Shown here piece by piece: positions 11,194-25,088 of a DNA stretch of 32,000 bases. Within the stretch, counting starts at the first letter, position 1, and the number at the start of each line of letters is the position of its first letter. Origin of the DNA: Lentzea pudingi (lineage in GTDB: Bacteria; Actinomycetota; Actinomycetes; Mycobacteriales; Pseudonocardiaceae); assembly GCF_014646255.1 (NCBI RefSeq), contig NZ_BMNC01000001.1, forward strand, positions 343,366-375,365, in the 5' to 3' direction. The translations under genes and the position numbers were made by a program. Below the pieces are notes generated by a model. The model did no database searches and was not told where the DNA came from. It saw only the letters and a list, made by a program, of their open reading frames with translations.

Positions 11194-11838
11194 TCACCCG
11201 ATTCCGGGGGCGTTCGCCGCAACAGGACCGGGCTGTCCGGCGTTGGCGGTCGAGAGCTGGTCGACGAACCGCAGGCACGTGGTGCGCATCGTGTCGACCG
11301 TCATGGCCTTCGAACCCGCGAGCACCTGCAGCGCGAGGCCGTCGAGCATGCTGACCATCATGTTCGCGAGTTCGACCGGGTCGCCGGGCGCGAGGATGTC
11401 GCCGGAGGCCTGGCCGTCGCGGAAGATGCTCGCGACGATGTCGCGCCACTCGCCGTAGAAGCGCTCGTTGAGCTCCTGCAGTTCGGGGCTGCGGATGGCC
11501 TCGACCCAGAGCTCCGCCCAGACCTTCCACGCCTCGACGGTCTCGGCCCCCTCGGGGAGGTACGACTCGACCACCATGCGCAGGCGGGAGAGCGGCGGCT
11601 CGTCGGACTCGAGGATCCAGCGGCGGCGCGTCACGGAGACCTTGAAGCAGTGTTCGAAGGCCGCGTCGGTGAGCTCGCGCTTGGTCTCGAAGTAGTAGTG
11701 CACCGTGCCGCCGGAGACGCCGGCGTCCTTGGCCACGTCGGACACCCGGAGATGGCGGAAACCCTCGGCCGCGATCACCTTGCAGGTGGACGCGAGGATC
11801 TGCGCCTTGCGTTCGGCTTCCACGCTTGGACGGGGCAT
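11194..11838 (-). CDS. TetR/AcrR family transcriptional regulator
   Basis: N-terminal HTH ILASTCKVIAAEGFRHLRVSDVAKDAGVSGGTVHYYFETKREL. 214 aa. Confidence 0.9.
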   Translation of the reverse strand: MPRPSVEAERKAQILASTCKVIAAEGFRHLRVSDVAKDAGVSGGTVHYYFETKRELTDAAFEHCFKVSVTRRRWILESDEPPLSRLRMVVESYLPEGAETVEAWKVWAELWVEAIRSPELQELNERFYGEWRDIVASIFRDGQASGDILAPGDPVELANMMVSMLDGLALQVLAGSKAMTVDTMRTTCLRFVDQLSTANAGQPGPVAANAPGIG

Positions 11839-11865
11839 CCGTCACCTCCTGATTTAGCCCGAACC

Positions 11866-12118
11866 TTACCGAAACGGGGAACGAAGCTTGCGCTTGTCGG
11901 CCTTTCCGGCCTTCGTCAGGGGCGGTTGAGGAAGAATCGTTACCCCTCTGGGCTGGTAAAGCTCACCCAGTTCGGCCAACGCCGAATCTCGAATGCTGTC
12001 GACATCGACATCCGGTCCCTCGGTGACCAGGAAAACGCGGACGACCTCCCCCCGGTTCCCCGAAATAACCGATGTCGCCGGTGTCGAACCATCCATCGGC
12101 CGTTTCGCTCAATTGCGG
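11866..12118 (-). pseudogene. Relic of the C-terminus of an AMP-dependent acyl-CoA synthetase/ligase
   Basis: LSETADGWFDTGDIGYF (the adenylate-forming TGD motif) is in one frame at 12112-12062. It is followed out of frame by GEVVRVFLV....LPQPPLTKAGKADKRKLR (the C-terminal subdomain with its GK..K motif), ending at the TAA at 11866. The roughly 65 aa normally lying between these motifs and the whole N-terminal 400+ aa are absent. Confidence 0.65.
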
Positions 12119-12244
12119 TTCGGCTTTTCGGGTGTGGATCGACGCGCCTTTTCGCCGCGATCGTCGCCCGTGGACAGCCTCTTCAACACAAGATCGACAC
12201 AGGTCGTACGTCCTGCGTACTCCGGGGCCTCGTACGCTGATCGG

Positions 12245-13801
12245 GTGGTCGCACCCCCCATCGCGCCGGAATCGCCGCAATCGCCCGAATCGCCCGCCCG
12301 CAGGCGCAAGGTGAGCGTTCCGGTCCTCACGCGCCTGGCACTCGCCGTCGCCGGCGGTGTGCTGGTCTACCTGAGCTTTCCGCCGCGCCCGCTGTGGTTC
12401 CTGGCGCCGGTCGGGTTCGCGCTCCTCGCGCACGTGATCTACGACAGGCGTGCGCGGGCCGGCTTCGGGTACGGGCTGCTGTTCGGGCTCGGGTTCATGG
12501 TGCCGCTGCTGCGGTGGACGGGTGAGTTCGTCGGGCTGATCGCCTGGCTGCCGCTGGCGCTGGTGTGCGCGCTGATGATCTCGATCGGCACCACCGCGAT
12601 GGCGTTCGTCTCGCGCGTGCCGGGGTGGCCGCTGTGGGCCGCGTGCCTGTGGGTGGCGGACGAGGCGCTGCGCGGTGTGGTGCCGTTCGGCGGCTTCACC
12701 TGGGGCAAGATCGCGTTCGGGCAGCCGGAGGGGTGGTTCCTGCCGCTCGCGTCGCTGGGCGGGGCGCCGCTGGTGACGTTCGCCGTGGTGCTGACCGGGT
12801 TCGGGCTCTTCTGGCTCACGAGGAACTGGAAGCTCGCCGCGCCGCTGGTCGTCGTGCCGCTGGGGGTGGGGCTGGTGGTACCCGTGGGGGTGGACGCCTC
12901 CGCCGGGACCGTCACCGTCGCCGCGATCCAGGGCAACGTGCCGCGCGCCGGGCTCGACTTCAACTCGCAGCGCCGGGCCGTGCTCGACAACCACGCGAAA
13001 CGCACCACGCAGCTGGCCGCCGACGTCGCCGCGGGCAGGGAGAAGCAGCCTGACGTCGTCATCTGGCCGGAGAACTCCTCCGACATCGACCCGTTCCGCA
13101 ACCCCGACGCCGCCGCCGTGATCGACGCGGCGGCGAAGGCGATCAAGGCGCCGATCGCGGTGGGCGCCGTGGTGGTCGACAGGTCCGACGGGCTGCCGCG
13201 CAACCAGGTGGTGCTCTGGGACCCCGAGAAGGGGGCCACGGACACCTACACGAAGCGCAAGCTGCAGCCGTTCGGCGAGACGATGCCGATGCGGTCGTTC
13301 TTCCGGCTGTTCTCCTCGACCGTGGACCGGGCGGGCGTCTTCCAGCCCGGCACGGACCCCGGGGGTTTCGTCATGGGGCCCGCGAAGGTCGCACTTGACA
13401 CATGTTACGAAGTGGCGTTCGACTCAGTGGTCCGCGACTCCGTGACGGCCGGCGCGACGATCATCGCGATCCCGACGAACAACGCCACGTTCGGGTACAC
13501 GGAGATGACCTACCAGCAGCTTTCCATGTCCAGGCTGCGGGCGGTGGAGCACGGCAGGGCCGTCGTCGTGGCGGCCACCTCGGGGGTCAGCGCCCTCGTC
13601 GAACCCGACGGTTCCGTCACTCGGAAGACTGGGCTTTTCGAGCCCGGTGCCCTGGTCGCGACACTGCCGCTGAGGTCGCAGACTACGCTGGCCACTCGGC
13701 TAGGCGCCTGGCCCGAGTGGGTGATGACCGCTGCGGGCCTCGCGGCGCTGGCGCTGGGCTTCACCCGACGACGGAAGGACTCGAATGGCGCAGCAGCCTG
13801 A
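12245..13801 (+). CDS. lnt: Apolipoprotein N-acyltransferase
   Basis: Multi-TM N-terminal half plus a CN-hydrolase domain with the triad context [14 protein letters not shown] and CYEVAF. The start is uncertain: GTG 12245 or GTG 12311 ([16 protein letters not shown]). The ORF-track start at 11993 is unlikely. Confidence 0.88.
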   Translation: MVAPPIAPESPQSPESPARRRKVSVPVLTRLALAVAGGVLVYLSFPPRPLWFLAPVGFALLAHVIYDRRARAGFGYGLLFGLGFMVPLLRWTGEFVGLIAWLPLALVCALMISIGTTAMAFVSRVPGWPLWAACLWVADEALRGVVPFGGFTWGKIAFGQPEGWFLPLASLGGAPLVTFAVVLTGFGLFWLTRNWKLAAPLVVVPLGVGLVVPVGVDASAGTVTVAAIQGNVPRAGLDFNSQRRAVLDNHAKRTTQLAADVAAGREKQPDVVIWPENSSDIDPFRNPDAAAVIDAAAKAIKAPIAVGAVVVDRSDGLPRNQVVLWDPEKGATDTYTKRKLQPFGETMPMRSFFRLFSSTVDRAGVFQPGTDPGGFVMGPAKVALDTCYEVAFDSVVRDSVTAGATIIAIPTNNATFGYTEMTYQQLSMSRLRAVEHGRAVVVAATSGVSALVEPDGSVTRKTGLFEPGALVATLPLRSQTTLATRLGAWPEWVMTAAGLAALALGFTRRRKDSNGAAA

Positions 13802-14549
13802 CCAGGAACTCGGGCAGGTGCTGGTGGTGATCCCGACCTACAACGAGCGGGACAACATCGGAAAGATCGTCAAGAGGCTGCACACGGCACTGCCCGACGT
13901 GCACGTGCTGGTGGTCGACGACGGCAGCCCCGATGGCACCGGCCAGCTGGCCGACGAGATGGCGGCCGCCGACGAGCGCGTCCACGTGATGCACCGCACC
14001 GAGAAGGCCGGTCTGGGCGCCGCGTACGTCGCGGGCTTCCAGTGGGCGCTCGACCGCAACTACGGCGTCATCTGCGAGATGGACGCCGACGGCTCGCACG
14101 CCCCGGAGCAGCTGCACCGGCTGCTCGACGCCCTGCCGCAGGCCGACCTCGTGCTGGGCTCGCGCTGGGTGCCGGGTGGCGAGGTCGTGAACTGGCCGGC
14201 GCAGCGCAAGTTCCTCTCGCTGGGCGGCTCGCTGTACTCGCGGCTCGCGCTGGGCGCGAACATCCGCGACATGACGGGGGGCTACCGGGCGTTCCGCGCG
14301 GACACCCTGCGCAAGCTGAACCTCGCCTCGGTCGCGTCGGCCGGGTACTGCTTCCAGATCGACCTGCTGTGGCGGACGCTGGAGCTCGGCTTCCGCGTGC
14401 GCGAGGTGCCGATCACGTTCCTCGAGCGCGAGTTCGGCGAGTCGAAGATGAGCGGCAACATCGTGCGCGAGGCCCTGATCCGCGTGACGAAGTGGGGCCT
14501 GCGCCGCCGCGGCAACCAGGTCAAGGCCTTGCTGAGCGGCAAGAAGTAG
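13785..14549 (+). CDS. ppm1: Polyprenol monophosphomannose synthase (GT2)
   Basis: Motifs [22 protein letters not shown] and EMDADGSH (DxD). Overlaps the lnt stop by 17 nt. The lnt-ppm1 linkage is the known actinobacterial arrangement. Confidence 0.9.
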   Translation: MAQQPDQELGQVLVVIPTYNERDNIGKIVKRLHTALPDVHVLVVDDGSPDGTGQLADEMAAADERVHVMHRTEKAGLGAAYVAGFQWALDRNYGVICEMDADGSHAPEQLHRLLDALPQADLVLGSRWVPGGEVVNWPAQRKFLSLGGSLYSRLALGANIRDMTGGYRAFRADTLRKLNLASVASAGYCFQIDLLWRTLELGFRVREVPITFLEREFGESKMSGNIVREALIRVTKWGLRRRGNQVKALLSGKK

Positions 14550-14673
14550 TCGTCCGGCCGCTTCGGCACCGTCTTCCGTGGACGGTCCGGAGCGGCGGGC
14601 GTCACCTTCCGGACGTCCGCGGCACTCGGATCGCGCGTGCGTCGCCGGGCGCGTGAACGGGTATCAACCAGGC

Positions 14674-15147
14674 ATGACGCTGGTATCCGAACGCCATCCG
14701 GTCCGTGCTCTCGGGCTCTTCGCGGGGGCCGTGCTGGTCACCGCCGTGGTGGGCTCGTTGTTCTCCGTGTCCGCCGGGTCGACGTACACGGCTCTGCAGC
14801 AGCCTTCCTGGGCGCCGCCCCCGTGGCTGTTCGGTCCTGTGTGGACGACGCTGTACGTGATGATCGCGGTCGCGGGATGGCTGGCGTGGCGGGCCGGGGC
14901 GACGCGGGGCGAGCTGACGTTGTTCGGCGCGCAGCTCGTGCTGAACGCGGCCTGGACGCCGTTGTTCTTCGGCCTCGGGTGGTTCTGGGTGGCGTTCGCC
15001 GAGATCCTGGTGCTGTGGCTCGCGATCGCCGCGGTGGTCGTGGCCTTCTTCAGGCGCGGCAAGGCCGCCGGGCTGCTCCTCGTGCCCTACCTGGCATGGG
15101 TGAGCTTCGCGGCGGCCCTGAACCTGTCGATCGCCCTGTTCAACTGA
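14674..15147 (+). CDS. tspO: TspO/MBR family tryptophan-rich sensory protein
   Basis: Five predicted TM helices with [18 protein letters not shown] and [11 protein letters not shown] motifs. The ATG at 14674 is preferred over the ORF-track start. Confidence 0.85.
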   Translation: MTLVSERHPVRALGLFAGAVLVTAVVGSLFSVSAGSTYTALQQPSWAPPPWLFGPVWTTLYVMIAVAGWLAWRAGATRGELTLFGAQLVLNAAWTPLFFGLGWFWVAFAEILVLWLAIAAVVVAFFRRGKAAGLLLVPYLAWVSFAAALNLSIALFN

Positions 15148-15149
15148 GG

Positions 15150-15578
15150 TCAGTTCACGGGCGAGTCGCTGCGGGCGCGTTCGACCGCGGTCGTGGCGAC
15201 GCCGAGCAGGATCATCCCGGCGCCGAGGCCGAGGTGCAGCCAGTTGTCGGCGGTGTTGACGGGCAGGAAGTTCGCCGCGGTGTGCTCGCCGATCGCCGAG
15301 CCGTACACCCACAGGACCACGTAGACGCCACCGCCGACCATGAGGAACGCGCGGGCGGACTGGGCCTTCTTCGCCGCGAGCAGTCCCACGACCCCGAACA
15401 GCAGGTGGACGAGGTTGTGCAGCACGGACACGGCGAAGAGGCCGAACAGGAGGGCGCCCGAGTGGCCGGCGAGGCCCAGCTCGTCGTAGTGCGTGGTGAT
15501 GCCCGGGATGAACCCGAGCACACCGACGAGGAGGAAGGCCGCGCCGGCCACTGAGGCTGCCGTTTGGACTGGTCGCAT
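15150..15578 (-). CDS. DUF4383 membrane protein
   Basis: Motifs FGLFAVSVLHNLVHLLFG and NFLPVNTADNWLHLGLG are typical of DUF4383. 142 aa with four TM segments. Confidence 0.8.
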   Translation of the reverse strand: MRPVQTAASVAGAAFLLVGVLGFIPGITTHYDELGLAGHSGALLFGLFAVSVLHNLVHLLFGVVGLLAAKKAQSARAFLMVGGGVYVVLWVYGSAIGEHTAANFLPVNTADNWLHLGLGAGMILLGVATTAVERARSDSPVN

Positions 15579-15587
15579 GCAGGGTGG

Positions 15588-15869
15588 CTACCCAGCGGTG
15601 ACCGGAGTGAACTCCCGGAGCACCTCCATGCCGGTCGTCGTGGGCGCGCCCGCCGGTTCGGGGCCGAGCACGCGGGCCAGGACCGGGCCGAGCACCTCGC
15701 GGAAGAAGCGGTCGGCGTGCTCCTTCGACTCCCACACGGCGATGATCCGGAACTCACCCTCGGCCTGGCAGGCGTAGCGGGCGCGCAGGCCTTCGGGATC
15801 GACCGCGGCCATCATCTGGTCGAGCTGGTCCAGGGAGCGGGTGGGCGGGGTAGCGATGGTGAGCCACAT
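15588..15869 (-). CDS. Small hypothetical protein (93 aa), possibly an ABM-like alpha+beta barrel
   Basis: ATG at 15869 preceded by a strong GAGGAGGA Shine-Dalgarno. EGEFRIIAVWESKEHADRFF resembles ABM/ferredoxin-like folds. The functional call is weak. Confidence 0.55.
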   Translation of the reverse strand: MWLTIATPPTRSLDQLDQMMAAVDPEGLRARYACQAEGEFRIIAVWESKEHADRFFREVLGPVLARVLGPEPAGAPTTTGMEVLREFTPVTAG

Positions 15870-15919
15870 GGGGGTCCTCCTCGGTCGGTGTGGCTCCCAA
15901 GGTAGGAAGTTCTCGCTGG

Positions 15920-18562
15920 TCAGCCATCCGCCGGAGTACTCGGTGCGGTACTCATCCACGCCGCGATCTGGCTGCGGGTGCTGAAGCCGAGCTTGGTGAG
16001 GATGTGCTGGACGTGGTTCTGGGCGGTCCGCTCGGAGATCACCAGCCGCCGCGCGATCTGCCGGTTCGTCATGCCCTCGGTCACCAGGGTGGCGACCTCG
16101 TGCTCGCGGCTGCTCAGCTCGGTCGTGGTGAAGCCCGTCATGCCCAGCGCTCGGATCGCACGGTCGGCGGAGCGTTGGACGGTGTCGGCGTCGCGGCCCA
16201 GCGCGCGCAACGCCGCCGCGAGGTGCCAGCGGGCCTCGGCGGCGAACGCGGGAGCGCCCGCGCGGGAGGCCTCGTCGACGGCGGTGGTGAGGTCGGTGAC
16301 GGCCTGCTCGTGCTCGCCCAGCGCCAGGTGGCCGCGGCCCAGCGCGAGCGTCACCGGGCCCATGTACGCGACGCCGTTGCCGGCCGCGTGCTCGCCGCGG
16401 AACTCCGCGAGCCGGGGCAGGATCAGCTCCAGGTCGTCGGTCAGGCCGAGGCCCGACGTCACCAGGACGGCGTCGACCAGGCCGGGCAGCACGAAGAACG
16501 CGGGCAGGTCCCACTGCTCGATCGGCCCGCAGCGGCGGTAGAGCTCGAGGGCCTCGTCGCGCACTCCCGCGCGCAGCAACAGGAACGCCCGCGTGAGCTT
16601 CGACATCAGCCGGAACCGCGGTGGCGGGTCGTGGAAGTGGCGGGCCAGCGCCAGGCCGTCCTCGGTGGGGCCGAGATGGCAGGAAAGCCCGCACTGCAAG
16701 GCGAAGTAGGCGCCGGATGCCGGTTCGCGCTCGATCACCCGCATCCGGTCGTAGCCGCGCCGCCCGACCTCCTGGGCTTCGGCGAACCGGCCCTGCGCCT
16801 GGGCGATGCACGCCGTCACGACGTCGAGGTGCCACAACGGGACCTGGCCACCGACCCGTTCGCAGGCGAGCTTGAGCGCCGGCAGTTCTTCTTGTGCCGC
16901 AGCGAGTTCGCCGCTCTCGACCAACGCGTGCACGCGCCAGAGCGAACCCCACATCGCGCCACGCGGGCTGTGCGTGCGGTGGGCGAGGTCGATCATCTCG
17001 GTGGCGAGGCCGAGGCGTTCGGCGCGACCGGACGGTCCGGGACACGCCTCCTGCCTGGCGTGCAACGCTTCCGCGAGCGCGCGGTCGTCACCCCGGGCCA
17101 GTCGCAGGGCCTCACGGCTCAGCTCGTCGAGCCTGTGCTGTTCGCCGCGGTAGAACGCCAGGTGGCTGCGCTGGGCGAGCAGACGGGCACGGGTGGCCGG
17201 GCTGACTTCCTGGCGGAGAGCGTTGTCGCACAACGGGGTCGCGATCGCGTTGACACCCGCGCCGGGTGCGGCTTCGAGGACCAGGGCGGCTTCCGCGCTC
17301 TGCTCGGGGTTCCCGGCGAGTTCGGCGGCGCGCTGGGCGGCCTGGACGCACCCCGCGAGGTCCCCGGCGAAGTAGGCGGCCCTGCCCAGGGCCACCTGGA
17401 CCTCGTGGGTGTCCTGCAGTTCCGCTGCCAGGCGGTAGAGGCGTGCGCCCTCCTCGTAGGCGAGCCTGGCCACCGCGTCCTGCGCCGCGCGAATCGTCCA
17501 CGTGCGGGCTTCTTCCGTCTCACCGCACGCGTTCCAGTGCCGGGCGACGTCCGCGTAGCGCGTGCTTTCCGCCATCGCCTCGGCGATTCGGCGGTGCAGC
17601 ACGCGGCGTTCTCCGGGCGTGAGCGAGGCCTCGACGGCGTCGCGGGTGAGGGCGTGCGTGAACCGGTGGCCGGTGGCGTCGACCAGGGACGTCTCGTCCA
17701 ACGCGCTGATCGGCTGTCCGGAGGCCGCGGCCGCCAGGTCCAGGTCGAAGTCGCGGCCGATCAGCGCCGCCGTCCTGATGAGGTCGCGGGTGCCGGGGGA
17801 GAGTCTGGAGAGACGGGCTGTGACGATGTCGCGGACGCTGCGCGGTGGCTGGTCCGCGCGCCACGTGCCGTCGCCGATCGCACGGGCGATCTCCGTGACG
17901 AACAACGGGTTCCCGCTGGTCAGCTCGGTGATCGTGGCCGCGTGCTCGGGCCCGGTGAGTTCGGCGACCTCGGCGGCGGACAGTCCGTGCAGGTCGATCC
18001 GGTCAGCGGAGCGCATGAGGTCCGCGACCGCCGGGCACGGATCGCGGAACGTCGCGAACAGCAGGCCCCGCGGCCGTGTGGCGAGATGGGCCAGCACGAG
18101 CAGCGACGCCTCGTCGGCCCAGTGGACGTCCTCGACGATGATCACCAGACCGTCGCGGTCCAGTGCGGTGGCGATCGCGTCGAACACCCGGAACCTGTCC
18201 TGGGGCACTTCGGCGTCGTGGGCGAGGACCCGGTCGGGATCCGCCCCGGCCGCTTTCAGCACCTGCCGCCACGGCCAGAACGCCGGTGCGCCCGATGTCT
18301 CCACACAATGCCCCCACACGACCTCCCGGCCGAGCGCGAGGGCGTGCCCGGCGAGTTCCTGGGCCAGCCGCGTCTTGCCGATGCCGGGCTCACCGCCGCA
18401 GAGCACCAGCCGCCCGGTCTCCGCCGCCAGCCACGACCGCACCGCGGCGAGCTCGCGAGCTCGTCCCACGACCCGCACACCTGGATGTCGTTCCGAGCGC
18501 CTGCGCCGTTTCCCCTTTAATCGTTGGCGGGCTCGGCCCGGATCCGGCAAGGTGATCCGCAT
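15920..18562 (-). CDS. Large ATP-binding LuxR-family regulator (LAL type)
   Basis: N-terminal AAA/NACHT-like Walker A GGEPGIGKT and Walker B LVIIVEDVHWAD, then a long helical/TPR-like middle. C-terminal LuxR HTH LSSREHEVATLVTEGMTNRQIARRLVISERTAQNHVQHILTKLG. The start may instead be GTG 18478. Confidence 0.88.
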   Translation of the reverse strand: MRITLPDPGRARQRLKGKRRRRSERHPGVRVVGRARELAAVRSWLAAETGRLVLCGGEPGIGKTRLAQELAGHALALGREVVWGHCVETSGAPAFWPWRQVLKAAGADPDRVLAHDAEVPQDRFRVFDAIATALDRDGLVIIVEDVHWADEASLLVLAHLATRPRGLLFATFRDPCPAVADLMRSADRIDLHGLSAAEVAELTGPEHAATITELTSGNPLFVTEIARAIGDGTWRADQPPRSVRDIVTARLSRLSPGTRDLIRTAALIGRDFDLDLAAAASGQPISALDETSLVDATGHRFTHALTRDAVEASLTPGERRVLHRRIAEAMAESTRYADVARHWNACGETEEARTWTIRAAQDAVARLAYEEGARLYRLAAELQDTHEVQVALGRAAYFAGDLAGCVQAAQRAAELAGNPEQSAEAALVLEAAPGAGVNAIATPLCDNALRQEVSPATRARLLAQRSHLAFYRGEQHRLDELSREALRLARGDDRALAEALHARQEACPGPSGRAERLGLATEMIDLAHRTHSPRGAMWGSLWRVHALVESGELAAAQEELPALKLACERVGGQVPLWHLDVVTACIAQAQGRFAEAQEVGRRGYDRMRVIEREPASGAYFALQCGLSCHLGPTEDGLALARHFHDPPPRFRLMSKLTRAFLLLRAGVRDEALELYRRCGPIEQWDLPAFFVLPGLVDAVLVTSGLGLTDDLELILPRLAEFRGEHAAGNGVAYMGPVTLALGRGHLALGEHEQAVTDLTTAVDEASRAGAPAFAAEARWHLAAALRALGRDADTVQRSADRAIRALGMTGFTTTELSSREHEVATLVTEGMTNRQIARRLVISERTAQNHVQHILTKLGFSTRSQIAAWMSTAPSTPADG

Positions 18563-18677
18563 GCGCCGCTATCAGCCCGGATCAGGCTCTCCGTCGTGAT
18601 GCCCTGAGGCCTCACCGATGTCGAGAGCCGCCCCCCGTGCTGAACGGGTCAGGGCGACTTTTTCCTGTCCGAACCAG

Positions 18678-18761
18678 GGTGGAGATGAGGCTGTGGAGCC
18701 TCGCCCGTCTGTAAAACGGGAGCCCCGCGCGTAGTCGGTTCGACTCCGACCTCCACCACCA
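18678..18761 (+). tRNA. tRNA-Tyr (anticodon GTA), 81 nt plus encoded CCA
   Basis: Acceptor stem GGTGGAG (18678-84) pairs with CTCCACC (18751-57). Anticodon stem CCCGT/ACGGG with loop CTGTAAA; the anticodon GTA is at 18711-13. T-arm GTCGG-TTCGACT-CCGAC. 13-nt variable region, discriminator A and genomic CCA. G1:C72 and A73 match bacterial Tyr identity. Confidence 0.8.
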
Positions 18762-18773
18762 GCCGTTGCGCCA

Positions 18774-18789
18774 CCGGGGTGAACCCCGG
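18774..18789 (+). terminator. Short perfect hairpin just downstream of the tRNA
   Basis: CCGGGG-TGAA-CCCCGG, 13 nt after the CCA end. No U-tract, so it may be a processing or termination element. Confidence 0.35.
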
Positions 18790-18840
18790 CAACGACCCCC
18801 TGCCCGTCCGCGATCTACCCAGCGGAGGGAAGGGGAAGAC

Positions 18841-19332
18841 ATGTCCATCGACATCCAGCAGCCCCGGCCGCAGGGCCTGGTCGGCAGCCACGTCCAGATC
18901 GCCGGCACCGCGGGCGGAGCGTTCGAGGCTCAGTTCAACTACCGGATCCACGAGGGTCACGACGAGGTCGTCGGCGGGTTCATGGCCGGTGACGGGGTCG
19001 GCGGCCACGGCCAGTTCCAGGTCGGGGTCGACGTCTCGGCCGCGTCGTTCGCGCTCGACCGGCTCTTCGTCGAGGTGTTCTGGGTCTCGCCCAAGGACGG
19101 TGCCGAACTCGACAAGGTGATCGTGCCGGTCGTGTACGGGCCGCGGATCGTGCCCGGCTACCGGGTCTTCCAGGAGTACGAGATCAAGCCCGGTGACACG
19201 CTGTGGGGGATCGCCACCCAGTTCTACGGTTCCGGCAACCTCTACACGCGCCTGGTGCGGGCGAACCCGCACGTCATCACGGACCCAAACGTCATCACGC
19301 CGGGGACCGTCATCCGGATTCCGCAGTCGTGA
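18841..19332 (+). CDS. Gmad2 Ig-like domain + C-terminal LysM domain protein (163 aa)
   Basis: ATG at 18841 preceded by GGAGGGAAGGGGAAG. The C-terminus YEIKPGDTLWGIATQFYGSGNLYTRLVRANPHVITDPNVITPGTVIRIP is a canonical LysM. The N-terminal ~110 aa resemble the Gmad2 Ig-like domain. Confidence 0.8.
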   Translation: MSIDIQQPRPQGLVGSHVQIAGTAGGAFEAQFNYRIHEGHDEVVGGFMAGDGVGGHGQFQVGVDVSAASFALDRLFVEVFWVSPKDGAELDKVIVPVVYGPRIVPGYRVFQEYEIKPGDTLWGIATQFYGSGNLYTRLVRANPHVITDPNVITPGTVIRIPQS

Positions 19333-19370
19333 CCCTCCGGGTCCTCCCTCGAAGCGGACCAGGGGGAGGG
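19333..19370 (+). terminator. Imperfect stem-loop immediately after the LysM gene stop
   Basis: CCCTCC/GGAGGG and GGTCC/GGACC stems are separated by an internal loop, with an 11-nt apical loop. No U-tract. Confidence 0.3.
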
Positions 19371-19562
19371 CCCGGCCGTGAGTTGGGACACGGGCTCAAG
19401 TGAAGCTGTGCCGAGGACCTGGTGCCTTGTTGGTTTCATACAAAGCACGCTGCTCAACTCGTTCCGATCCAGCGGTTCAGTTACCGGCTGGTAGACGAGA
19501 GTGTGTACATCGATTGGGCGGCGACTGCCGCTGAGGTTGTCTGTCCGCGAGGAGAGAAGTCG

Positions 19563-25028
<5,466 letters not shown>

Positions 25029-25041
25029 CGTCTAGGATCTG

Positions 25042-25079
25042 GCCCGGTCATCCGTTGTGGATGGCCGGGCTTTTTCTTT
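25042..25079 (+). terminator. Rho-independent terminator of the carboxylase gene
   Basis: 12-bp stem GCCCGGTCATCC / GGATGGCCGGGC (one G-U pair), loop GTTGT, followed by TTTTTCTTT. It starts 14 nt after the TAG stop. Confidence 0.85.
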
Positions 25080-25088
25080 GGGGGAACT

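Noticed and set aside
11963-12994. 343-aa minus-strand ORF overlapping lnt.
   Set aside because: Only its last ~20 codons (DGWFDTGDIGYF) are meaningful, and these belong to the ligase relic. The remainder is antisense to the well-supported lnt gene and is Arg/Pro/His-rich noise.
18620-18677. Sequence upstream of the tRNA (GAGCCGCCCCCCGTGCTGAACGGG) loosely resembles the tRNA D/anticodon region. This raised the idea of a partial tRNA duplication or att site from an integrated element.
   Set aside because: The similarity is short, gapped and GC-driven. No integrase, excisionase or direct repeat of the tRNA 3' end is visible anywhere in the window.
18678-18761. Possible selenocysteine tRNA, because of the 6-bp D-stem with a 4-nt loop and the TTCGACT T-loop.
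   Set aside because: The anticodon is GTA, not TCA. The acceptor/T stems are 7/5, not 8/5, and the variable arm is short. No selA, selB or selD genes or SECIS context are in the window. I kept it as an atypical tRNA-Tyr.
18762-18840. A c-di-AMP (ydaO) riboswitch, which often precedes LysM or cell-wall genes in Actinobacteria.
   Set aside because: Only 79 nt are available between the tRNA and the start codon, and none of the conserved ydaO helices or ACGR motifs are recognisable.
19422-19562. A 47-codon N-terminal extension of the carboxylase ORF (MPCWFHTKHAAQLVPIQRF...).
   Set aside because: This region has lower GC and atypical composition. The conserved biotin carboxylase N-terminus (FSRVAIVNRGE) begins right after a TTG preceded by a strong GAGGAGAGAAG ribosome-binding site.
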